Assembly: GCA_965230295.1 (NCBI GenBank)
Contig: OZ246001.1
Span: 3,040,001-3,104,000, forward strand
Source of the DNA: Marinicella sp.
GTDB taxonomy: Bacteria; Pseudomonadota; Gammaproteobacteria; Xanthomonadales; Marinicellaceae
Direction: 5' to 3'
DNA: 64,000 nucleotides
Shown here: one piece after another, positions 9,028 through 18,255 of the stretch
Position numbering within the stretch: position 1 is the first letter of the stretch
How the letters are laid out: each line of letters begins with the position of its first letter
The notes under the pieces: model-generated
Told to the model about the DNA's origin: nothing
Database searches by the model: none
What the model saw: only the letters and a program-made list of their open reading frames with translations
Position numbers and translations under genes: made by a program

Positions 9028-10572
9028 TTATTCAAAACCATTGGCGAATATGGGCGGATAGATGATCTGAATGTATTTGTCAAACGTGTTATCCGCAGGA
9101 AAATCTTCGCTGGCTGATAGCAGCACAGCACTGCCTGAAATATTGAGGTATTCTCCATCACCGATCAACGCATCAAAATTCACCGTGTAGGTCACAGCTG
9201 TATTAGGGGGTATTGATGGAATGGTATCTAGAACGGACCCGGATGTTCCGCCACATGAAGAACCGCCATGATCACAAGTCCAAGATATATTGGTTGCTGC
9301 ATTCATGTCTAGATCAACCATAACCTCAACGTCATTTAAGACCAGAATGCTATTGTTTTTCACTAGTATCGTTACCTGTGGATTATCACCATCAATGACT
9401 TGGTTTGACACTTCAATTGAAACATCATGATAAATACATTCAACACCTCCATCTGTGATGATCCAATTCTTACCATTGATTAAAGTGTCTTTACTTGGAC
9501 CTCCAGAGCAATAAGGTGTTGTTCCGGCACTGAAGGTTACGTTCTCCATAACGGTTTGGCCAGCAAAGTTATCCAGCATATCATCATAATGCCGGGTTGA
9601 TAATCCGGAATTGTCGAACATTTGGTCCATATCAGTTACTGATGATACATCCCAATTGCTCAAATCGGGGTTAGCATTAGCAGCAGCATTAAACATGTAT
9701 CTCATGTTATTTACAGATGACACATTCCAATTGCTCACATCAGGATTGGCAACATTTGTGCCGTTAAACATAAAGCCCATATTGGCTACAGATGACACAT
9801 CCCAATTACTCACATTTGGATTGGCAACATTAGCGGTATTAAACATGGAACTCATATTAGTAACAGATGACACATCCCAATTACTCACATCAGGATTGGC
9901 AAGAAAAGCTGCAGCAAACATGCTGCCCATACTGATAACAGATGATACATCCCAATTACTCACATCTGGATTGGCAAGAAAAGCTGCAGCAAACATGCTA
10001 TCCATATTGGTAACAGATGACACATCCCAATTACTCACATCTGGATCGGCAAAATCAGCACCGCTAAACATGCTTCTCATATTAGTTACAGATGACACAT
10101 CCCACCTGCTTACATCGAGGTTATTGATTGCACTGTTAGCAAACATATATGACATATCAGTGACTTGAGATAGATCCGGCACATCTGTGGCAATAAAATC
10201 TGTGTTTACCCCACTAAAGGCGCCATTCATTGACTTCCATTCAATAGCGCCCCATTGATTTACGCTGGTCAACTGTTCGTTTTGAGCGGCGGCTGAATCA
10301 ATAAGGTATGTGTTGGGGTAATCGCCAATGATTCTGATGGTGTGTGTGCCTGCACTTGGAAATGTATGCTGAAAAGGTCCTGTTATTCCAGTGAAGTCAT
10401 ACACGCCATCATCATCAATATCCACGTCATAATTGTATTGACCTGAATAGTTTGGATCTATGGGTAAATCGATGGTTGGGTATGAAGTTGTATCCCACGT
10501 GGTGATGAATTCAGCTTGTGCTGAAGACATCATCCATACAGAAAACATCAGGGATAGGATGGTATATTTCAT
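9028..10572 (-). CDS. Secreted DUF285/BspA-like protein (paralog C, chimeric)
   Basis: N-terminal part nearly identical to A, C-terminal part nearly identical to D; ends IFANGFE. Confidence 0.9.
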   Translation of the reverse strand: MKYTILSLMFSVWMMSSAQAEFITTWDTTSYPTIDLPIDPNYSGQYNYDVDIDDDGVYDFTGITGPFQHTFPSAGTHTIRIIGDYPNTYLIDSAAAQNEQLTSVNQWGAIEWKSMNGAFSGVNTDFIATDVPDLSQVTDMSYMFANSAINNLDVSRWDVSSVTNMRSMFSGADFADPDVSNWDVSSVTNMDSMFAAAFLANPDVSNWDVSSVISMGSMFAAAFLANPDVSNWDVSSVTNMSSMFNTANVANPNVSNWDVSSVANMGFMFNGTNVANPDVSNWNVSSVNNMRYMFNAAANANPDLSNWDVSSVTDMDQMFDNSGLSTRHYDDMLDNFAGQTVMENVTFSAGTTPYCSGGPSKDTLINGKNWIITDGGVECIYHDVSIEVSNQVIDGDNPQVTILVKNNSILVLNDVEVMVDLDMNAATNISWTCDHGGSSCGGTSGSVLDTIPSIPPNTAVTYTVNFDALIGDGEYLNISGSAVLLSASEDFPADNTFDKYIQIIYPPIFANGFE

Positions 10573-10598
10573 GGCTTTACCTTCTGTATTAATAGATA

Positions 10599-10652
10599 AT
10601 TATGGAATCAGTCACAAAAGAATTACTGACCGAATCCTTATGTTTGACTGAT
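10599..10652 (-). promoter_or_regulatory. 11-bp-phased ATCAG promoter
   Basis: CTGAC 10626, CTTAT 10637, CTGAT 10648; CATAAT 10604-10599. Confidence 0.7.
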
Positions 10653-10654
10653 TT

Positions 10655-12136
10655 TTATTCAAAACCATTGGCGAATATGGGCGGATAGATGATCTGAATG
10701 TTCTTGTCAAACACGTTATCCGCAGGAAAATCTTCGCTGGCTGATAGCAGCACAGCACTGCCTGAAATATTGAGGTATTCTCCATCACTGATCAACGCAT
10801 CAAAATTCACCGTGTAGGTCACAGCTGTATTAGGGGGTATTGATATGGTTTCTAGAACGGACCCGGATGTTCCGCCACATGAAGAACCGCCATGATCACA
10901 AGTCCAAGATATATTGGTTGCTGCATTCATGTCTAGATCAACCATAACCTCAACGTCATTTAAGACCAGAATGCTATTGTTTTTCACCAATATCGTTACC
11001 TGTGGATTATCACCATCAATGACTTGGTTTGACACTTCAATTGAAACATCATGATAAATACATTCAACACCTCCATCTGTGATGATCCAATTCTTACCAT
11101 TGATTAAAGCGTCTTTACTTGGACCTCCAGAGCAATAAGGTGTTGTTCCGGCACTGAAGGTTACGTTCTCCATAACGGTTTGGCCAGCAAAGTTATCCAG
11201 CATATCATCATAATGCTGGGTTGATAATCCGGAATTTGTGAACATGTCATCCATATATAAAACATTAGGTATTTGCCAATGCTGTAGATCAGGGTTTGCT
11301 GATGTGGCGCCCTCGAACATTCGTGACATTTCGATCACTGAACTTACATCCCACCGGCTCACATCGGGATTGGCGACACTGGTATCAAAAAACATAGCAG
11401 TCATATTAGTAACAGCTGACACATCCCACCGGCTTACATCGGGATTGGCAGCTGAAGCACCAATAAACAAACCGCCCATATCGGTCACAGCTGACACATC
11501 CCAGCCACGCACATCAAGATTAGCAACATCAGTAGACAGGAACATAGATGCCATATTCATTACAGATGATACATCCCACCTGCTCACATCGATATTGGGA
11601 AATTGAGTATCTCCAAACAGAGATACCATATTGGTAACAGCTGACACATCCCAGTCGCGCACATCAATGGTAGGAATATCACTTGAATAAAACATTTCGT
11701 ACATGCTAGTTACTTGTGACAAGTTCGGCACATCGGGTGCTAAAATTTCTGTTTTAACATAGCTAAATGCATTACTCATTGACTTCCACTCGATATCGCC
11801 CCATTGGTCTATACTTATTAATTGTTCACCTGTATATCTTCTAGCGGATCCTGAAGAACCAAAATTAGGGTTAGGGAAATCCCTGCTGATTTTGAGAGTA
11901 TAAAGGCCTGGATTATCAAAAATGTAAATAAAATCTCCAGTGATTTCAAATTCTTCATACACCAAAAAAAAATTGGCATCTAAAATTTCCACATCATAAT
12001 CGTATGAGAGGTTTGTGGCTGCAATGATGTCTATTTCTAAATCGTTTGATGTGGCCTCCCATGTGGTTATGAAAGGTCGAGCATCCGCAAAAAAAGTCAT
12101 CAGCAATAAACATAGCGTTGGATTTGTCAATCTCAT
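10655..12136 (-). CDS. Secreted DUF285/BspA-like protein (paralog D)
   Basis: Same architecture; ends IFANGFE. Confidence 0.9.
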   Translation of the reverse strand: MRLTNPTLCLLLMTFFADARPFITTWEATSNDLEIDIIAATNLSYDYDVEILDANFFLVYEEFEITGDFIYIFDNPGLYTLKISRDFPNPNFGSSGSARRYTGEQLISIDQWGDIEWKSMSNAFSYVKTEILAPDVPNLSQVTSMYEMFYSSDIPTIDVRDWDVSAVTNMVSLFGDTQFPNIDVSRWDVSSVMNMASMFLSTDVANLDVRGWDVSAVTDMGGLFIGASAANPDVSRWDVSAVTNMTAMFFDTSVANPDVSRWDVSSVIEMSRMFEGATSANPDLQHWQIPNVLYMDDMFTNSGLSTQHYDDMLDNFAGQTVMENVTFSAGTTPYCSGGPSKDALINGKNWIITDGGVECIYHDVSIEVSNQVIDGDNPQVTILVKNNSILVLNDVEVMVDLDMNAATNISWTCDHGGSSCGGTSGSVLETISIPPNTAVTYTVNFDALISDGEYLNISGSAVLLSASEDFPADNVFDKNIQIIYPPIFANGFE

Positions 12137-12163
12137 TGAATTAACCTGTGGGAAAAAAACTTG

Positions 12164-12217
12164 ATTATGGGTTCGGTCATGAAAAAATAACTGATCGAAT
12201 CCTTATCTTTAGCTGAT
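12164..12217 (-). promoter_or_regulatory. 11-bp-phased ATCAG promoter
   Basis: CTGAT 12191, CTTAT 12202, CTGAT 12213; CATAAT 12169-12164. Confidence 0.7.
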
Positions 12218-12457
12218 TTATTATTTAGTCATATGGCCAAGTCATATAAATGCCTGAAAGAATATGGTCCGCCTGACTGCCTTGGCATACGATTTCTGCA
12301 ACTGGACTACAAACCCGGGCATAGAAAATCCGTATCAGGGTCTGAATAATATAGCTGACAAAGGTTTTTCAAGAATAGACGTTCCATTCACACAACAATT
12401 CTTAGACCGTTCAAATTTAAAAGCATATTCAAGACTGAGCTTTTCCTTTTCTTTTAT

Positions 12458-15136
12458 TTATTCAAAATCACTTTTAAACAATGCCATGATGATCGGAATA
12501 TTTTTGTTGAACGTGTTATTTGCTTGAAAACCATCATCAATGCTTGGTTGTGTTGATACACTGCCTGAAATATCCAGTTCATCGCCATCATTACTCACAA
12601 TGTCGAAATTCACTGCGTATGTCACAACTGAATCTGGGGGCATAGCCGAAATAGTGTCATATACAGTTCCAGATGTTCCGTTACATGACAAACCGGCATG
12701 GTCACATGTCCAAAAGATGTTAGATGTATTGCTGTTGTCTAATGTGACTTCGACAGCAACATTATTTACATACTGATTTCCTGAGTTCTTTACCCATATG
12801 ATCAACTGCGGATTATTTCCATCAAGAACTTGACCACTTGGTAAGTCAATTGATACATCTGTAATAAAACAATCCAAGCCGCCGTCAGCGATTGTCCACC
12901 CTTTGTCATTGATTAAGATTTCTCTGGCAAAACCTGCTGTACAATAAGGTGTATTGCTGGCACTGAAGTTAATGTTGTGCACAACATCTTGACCTGCAAA
13001 GTTCACCAGCAAGCTGTCATAGTTATTTGTTGATAGCCCAGAATAGGCAAGCATATTTTCCATGTCATTTACATTTTCAATTTCCCAGCTTCCAACTTCA
13101 GGATTAAACAAAGTGGCGTTTAAGAACATACGAGACATATCAGTCACAGATGAGACGTCCCATCTACTCAAATCGGAATTGGCAAAAGTAGCGTTACTGA
13201 ACATGTTTTTCATATCGATTACGGATGAAACATTCCAACTGCTCAGATCGAGATTGGCGGCAACTGCTCCATCAAACATGTAACTCATATCGGTTACATT
13301 TGACACATCCCAACCACTCAAGTCAGGTTCAGCACCTCTTGCTTCACTAAACATGTTACCCATATCAGTTACTTTCGTTACATCCCAATCACCCAAATTG
13401 GGGTTGGCAATACGTGTTTGGCTAAACATGCTGTTCATGTTGTTAACTGATGACACATCCCAAGTGCGCAGTTCTGGGCTGGCATCATCGGCACCCCAAA
13501 ACATGCCGGCCATGTTGGTTACATTTGACACATCCCACCCATCAACAACTGGATTGCCAATGGCGTTCCAAAACATATAGCTCATATTGTTTATTGATGA
13601 CATGTCCCAATTGCTCAAAACTGCGAGGTTTCCGACATTACTATTAGCAAACATATATGAAGCATCAGTTACTCGAGTTAGATCAGGCACATCTGAGGTT
13701 GAGAGGTCTGTTGTTATTCCAAAAAAAGCGCGATTCATTGACTTCCACTCGATATCGCCCCATTGATCTACGCTGATCAACTGGCCATTTAATGCGGCGT
13801 TTGAACCAAAAAAATATGGGTTAGGGTATTTCTCACCGTTTATCCTGATGGTGTAAATGCCTGGGTTTGGAACTGTATACAAAAAAGCCCCATTTATTCC
13901 AGTGTAGTCACCCACAATGTTATTATTATTATCTAGGATTTGTATGTTAAAGTTATAATCACTTGAATAGTTCGGGTCAACCCCTAAATCAATACTTAAG
14001 TTGGTGGTTGTGTCCCAAGTCGTGACGAAATCTTTACCTGTAACACGTGTTTTTGATAATCTCAAATTGTCGAAGTTGACTTGAGGACCAGAGCCTGTGG
14101 CTGTAGGAGATAGTGAGTTCAAGCGAATAGATAATGGTTGTCCAATGTGTGTTGGCTGAGCTGTATAAGAAATACTTACTGAATTAAACCTTCCATCTGG
14201 CACAGGTTCATTACTTATACTTGCTAATACTTCACCATTTGACTCTAATGCAATGCTGTAATCAGAAAAATCAACATTTAATCGATTCCCAACATCGACT
14301 ATTAAACAATATGTAGAACCTTCCTCAATAATTTCGCTGGTAGCTTGAATTAATGAGTTTGGACCAAGATTGATATAAGCGACATTTGAACCTTCTGGAA
14401 CAGGATCAATAAAGTCAGTATTTCTGGGGTTATAAGTCCCTTTGCCCAAATTCGGAAACTCGACCCAACCAGGTACATTACTGTTCCAACTACCATCATT
14501 AACTGAAACCTCTTCAAAACCTGGGTTCTGTAAAATGATGCCTTGTATTTTCGACAATCTCACATTATCAAAGTTGACTTGAGGTCCAGAGCCTGTGATA
14601 GAAGGTGAGAGTGAATCCAGGCGAATAGATAATGGTTGTCCAATGTGTGTTGGCTGAGCTGTATAAGAAATACTTACTGAAATAAACCTTCCATCTGGCA
14701 CAGGTTCATTACTTAAACTTGCTAACACTTCACCATTTGACTCTAATGCAATGATGTAATCAGAAAAATCAACATTTAATCGATTTCCTACATCTATAGT
14801 TAAACTATAAGTCGCCCCTTCCTCGATAGTTTCACCCGTTGTTTGTAGCAGAGAGTTTGGACCAATATTGATATAAGCAACATTAGAGCCCTCTGGAACA
14901 GGATCAAGGAAATCAGCATTTGTCGGATTATAAGTACCTTTGCCTAAATTTGTAGACTCGATCCAACCAGGTGCATTACTGTTCCAACTACCATCATTAA
15001 CTGAAACCTCTTCAAAACCAGGATTCTGCAAAATGATGTTTTCTGCACTTGTTTCATGACAGATATTTTGTGCATTCGTTTTACTGCACAAAAGCAAAGT
15101 GAGCAAAAGAGTTTGTATTAAAGCAATCGTTCTCAT
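12458..15136 (-). CDS. Secreted DUF285 protein with two tandem N-terminal HpiC1/Stig-cyclase-like beta-sandwich domains (paralog E)
   Basis: Two ~166-aa repeats NPGFE...PEGSNVAY...DVGN...GQPLSIRL...FDNVRL, then DUF285 and Ig-like domains; ends LFKSDFE. Confidence 0.85.
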   Translation of the reverse strand: MRTIALIQTLLLTLLLCSKTNAQNICHETSAENIILQNPGFEEVSVNDGSWNSNAPGWIESTNLGKGTYNPTNADFLDPVPEGSNVAYINIGPNSLLQTTGETIEEGATYSLTIDVGNRLNVDFSDYIIALESNGEVLASLSNEPVPDGRFISVSISYTAQPTHIGQPLSIRLDSLSPSITGSGPQVNFDNVRLSKIQGIILQNPGFEEVSVNDGSWNSNVPGWVEFPNLGKGTYNPRNTDFIDPVPEGSNVAYINLGPNSLIQATSEIIEEGSTYCLIVDVGNRLNVDFSDYSIALESNGEVLASISNEPVPDGRFNSVSISYTAQPTHIGQPLSIRLNSLSPTATGSGPQVNFDNLRLSKTRVTGKDFVTTWDTTTNLSIDLGVDPNYSSDYNFNIQILDNNNNIVGDYTGINGAFLYTVPNPGIYTIRINGEKYPNPYFFGSNAALNGQLISVDQWGDIEWKSMNRAFFGITTDLSTSDVPDLTRVTDASYMFANSNVGNLAVLSNWDMSSINNMSYMFWNAIGNPVVDGWDVSNVTNMAGMFWGADDASPELRTWDVSSVNNMNSMFSQTRIANPNLGDWDVTKVTDMGNMFSEARGAEPDLSGWDVSNVTDMSYMFDGAVAANLDLSSWNVSSVIDMKNMFSNATFANSDLSRWDVSSVTDMSRMFLNATLFNPEVGSWEIENVNDMENMLAYSGLSTNNYDSLLVNFAGQDVVHNINFSASNTPYCTAGFAREILINDKGWTIADGGLDCFITDVSIDLPSGQVLDGNNPQLIIWVKNSGNQYVNNVAVEVTLDNSNTSNIFWTCDHAGLSCNGTSGTVYDTISAMPPDSVVTYAVNFDIVSNDGDELDISGSVSTQPSIDDGFQANNTFNKNIPIIMALFKSDFE

Positions 15137-15164
15137 TGGGATATTCCTAAATTTAGCAATTATT

Positions 15165-15228
15165 ATTTTCTATAGTTCCCTGGATTAATAACTGATCAAA
15201 AACTGATTTAGTGATGATTTTTTCTGAT
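15165..15228 (-). promoter_or_regulatory. 11-bp-phased ATCAG promoter
   Basis: CTGAT 15192, CTGAT 15203, ATGAT 15214, CTGAT 15224; GAAAAT 15170-15165. Confidence 0.6.
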
Positions 15229-15245
15229 TAATTTATCTCTGTAAT

Positions 15246-15420
15246 TTATTCAAAATCACTTTTTTGTATTGATTTGATGTTTGAATGCTTCTATCAAACA
15301 TATTTGTCGAAGGTTTCCCTTTAATTAGATACAGAATTAAATCAGGTAAAAACAAGGGTTTAATCAGGACATTATCCTGATGTTTCTCGATAATGACCGT
15401 TAAGGAGCAATGCTTTGGTA
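15246..15420 (-). pseudogene. Decayed 3' fragment of a DUF285 paralog
   Basis: Frameshifted NMFDRSIQ / IKSIQKSDFE-stop, compare NLFDENIRIIKSIFKSNFE in paralog B. Confidence 0.55.
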
Positions 15421-16879
15421 CACACACTCTCTCTATTGCGTCGCTCTTTATTTGTTCCGCAAGGGTGTCGAGGCTTTTACATTCACCCCCTTATGTACCT
15501 CGTCACTCTTGTGACTCTATCCATACGAGCATTTATTTTTAGACAAACCCTTATCTTGCTTTGTACCCCAACAGGACATGCCATTACTTTGTTAAAAGAA
15601 TTTTCAAAACCATATACAGGGTGTTGTCATTAGTTGTTAATTATTTCTGTTATTTTCTTCATATCTGGCCATTTGAATTAAAGGGTTCAATTTAATTTTG
15701 TTATTTGTTTTGAATACTGTAAAGGTTGTTAGTAGCCCAGTGAGAAATGGTACTTTTCTACATCGTAGGCTATCACAATGGATTAATTTCTTGGCTGTAT
15801 CAGTTAAGTCTCTTTAACAATGCTGATTCATTACGGCCGTTCTGAATTTGCCATTAAAGCTGTTATTAAATGTGATTTATGTTGGAGTGCCAGGTTGAAT
15901 AAATGGTTATCTAACACTCTGTTATATAACCCTGAAGAACATAGCTTCGTAAGTATATTCAGTCCTGTAGAAAAATTCGATTGTATTTGGGCCTGTTTCT
16001 TGGTATTCAATCTCTAGATCAAGGGAGCGTTCAGCCACAGCGCTATTAATCAATGAGGCCAAAAATTTGCCAAAATAATTGTGGGGGCAAGTGATTAACT
16101 AGACTTAACACTTCGAAGTGCCTTCAACCTGATTCTATATTTGAAATAAAACCTATTGCCTTCCCTTTGATGACTAAGCTCATTGGGTGTTTTCAACTTC
16201 TCTTTTAGTAAAATGTTAACCTGCATCTTTTCCTCCATGTACATGCAGTACATTTACCTTGCATTATCAATCAAGATTTTTATGCATTGCATGCTACAGC
16301 AAATCCGAATGATGCTCTGTTTCATTTTAGGAGAAAATATACTTTGCCATGGTTAAGTTCTTTGGTGGAAAGGACATTCCCTCTTCAAGGAATTTGTTTA
16401 TGGGTAATCTTGGATGTCCTATTAATAAGCATCTTAGAGAGGTTGTTAACCGTTCAGTTAACGATTGCACTAAGTGAACATTGGAATAAAGCTAATTTAG
16501 AATGATTTAATGTGCTGAAGTTAATTTTGAATTAATGACTAGATTAATTTTTTACATAGGTAAAATTTGTCTGATGAATCCTTTTCAAGTAGCTTTTCTG
16601 CAAGTGTATCTAATTGGTTTTTCTGAAAGATTGTTTCTTAACACAACGAAAATAAAGTCCATTATAAATGAAGTTTTTCTAAGCACATTAATGGTATCAA
16701 GACCCTTGAAGTCTTTTTCAATACTTTGGTACCTCAAGGGTCTTACATAGAATCTAAAATTTTCCATTGCTTATTTTGAAAAGTTCTGATTAGATTTTTC
16801 AACATTAAAAATCAAGTTACTTACATTTATTTAGATTAATTGTTAAAAAATAATACAAGATATTTTTTAACAAACAAGC

Positions 16880-18160
16880 TCATTCATCAAAACCGTTTTT
16901 AAATATTACAGATTCTGCATAATTGACAGTTATAAGTCTATCAATTACATTGTCAGCAGGAAAATTCTCAGAAGCTATTGTGGCATTGCCAGTAACTAAA
17001 ATATAATGATCATTACTACTGGAACCCGAAAAGTCGAAATTCACGTTGTACGTCACAACTGAGCCCCCATTGAGTGTTGGTATGTAAGATATAATCGCGT
17101 CAGTGCCTGAACCACATGAAACACCATCATTATCACATGTCCAAGTAATATTAGAAACTTCGGCTGAGGCTATAAAAAAACTTACATCAATGCCATCTAA
17201 TATAGGTATAATCCCAGAAGAGTTTCTTACAATAACCGTCAGATTAGGATCGTTAGCATCAATAGAATCTACACCAGTTGGTAAATAAATTGAAACATCT
17301 CGTGCAACACAATTACTACCATCATCAATGATCGACCAACCCTTATTAGTAATTAAATCATCTCTTGGGACGGAAGCGCAGTGTGGAGTATCTCCTGCAT
17401 TCAAGTTAACGTTTTGCATTACGTCTTGTTCTGAAAAGCTATGCAACATTTGGCTGTAGTTAAGCCTTGATAGACCGGAAGTAGGGTAGAACATTTCACC
17501 CATTGTGGTTACATTTGTCACATCCCAATTTTCGATATTAGGGTTGGCATCCGTTGCATTACCAAATAGATAACTCATATTAGTAACTTGAGATGTATTC
17601 CAGAGATCTACTATTGGATTGAAACCGTGTGAACTTACAAACATACCCTCTAATGTGATTGCAGCAGATGTATCCAAATGAGTCAATTCAAGATACGGTA
17701 ATGTAGAGTAAGCAAACGCATACTCGAAACTTGATACTTGAGAGGTATTAGGCACATCTGTGGCAGAAAAAAATGTACCATTTAAGATCGAAAATGCATT
17801 TTCCCATGATTTCCATTCAATATCTCCCCACTGTTTTAATTCGGTAAATTTGTTATGCGCACCTGGGGAGTTGCCCATGTTGGGGTTTGCAAATGCACCA
17901 TAGATTTTGACTTCATAAGTACCCGGATTTTGATAAATGTGGTTAACGTCCCCGGTTTGATTTAGAAGTTCTGGGGTTCCGTCACCGAAATCTATTCTGT
18001 AGTTGTATTCGGATAGATGATTTTGATCTCTAGGAATCACAAGATTCAAATCAGATGGATCTACAGTCCATTCGAATATGAAAGGCTCTGCCTGTGCATG
18101 TGCAGAAGTTGTCATGAGAATTGAAAATAAAATAAAAATCGTAAAGTATATAAGTTTCAT
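16880..18160 (-). CDS. Secreted DUF285/BspA-like protein with PKD-like N-terminus (paralog F)
   Basis: YRIDFGDGT..HIYQNPGTYEV, QWGDIEW, repeats; ends IFKNGFDE. Confidence 0.9.
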   Translation of the reverse strand: MKLIYFTIFILFSILMTTSAHAQAEPFIFEWTVDPSDLNLVIPRDQNHLSEYNYRIDFGDGTPELLNQTGDVNHIYQNPGTYEVKIYGAFANPNMGNSPGAHNKFTELKQWGDIEWKSWENAFSILNGTFFSATDVPNTSQVSSFEYAFAYSTLPYLELTHLDTSAAITLEGMFVSSHGFNPIVDLWNTSQVTNMSYLFGNATDANPNIENWDVTNVTTMGEMFYPTSGLSRLNYSQMLHSFSEQDVMQNVNLNAGDTPHCASVPRDDLITNKGWSIIDDGSNCVARDVSIYLPTGVDSIDANDPNLTVIVRNSSGIIPILDGIDVSFFIASAEVSNITWTCDNDGVSCGSGTDAIISYIPTLNGGSVVTYNVNFDFSGSSSNDHYILVTGNATIASENFPADNVIDRLITVNYAESVIFKNGFDE

Positions 18161-18186
18161 AATGTTACTACCTAGTAAAAAAAATT

Positions 18187-18240
18187 ATTATGGGTGGTGT
18201 GTGAATAAATAAACTGACTCAAACCTGATTTTTTACTGAT
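18187..18240 (-). promoter_or_regulatory. 11-bp-phased ATCAG promoter
   Basis: CTGAC 18214, CTGAT 18225, CTGAT 18236; CATAAT 18192-18187. Confidence 0.7.
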
Positions 18241-18255
18241 GATTGATTCAACGTT

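Noticed and set aside
6970-11240. Near-identical duplicated segments as DGR template/variable repeats
   Set aside because: No reverse transcriptase in the window, both copies are coding, and differences are not confined to adenines
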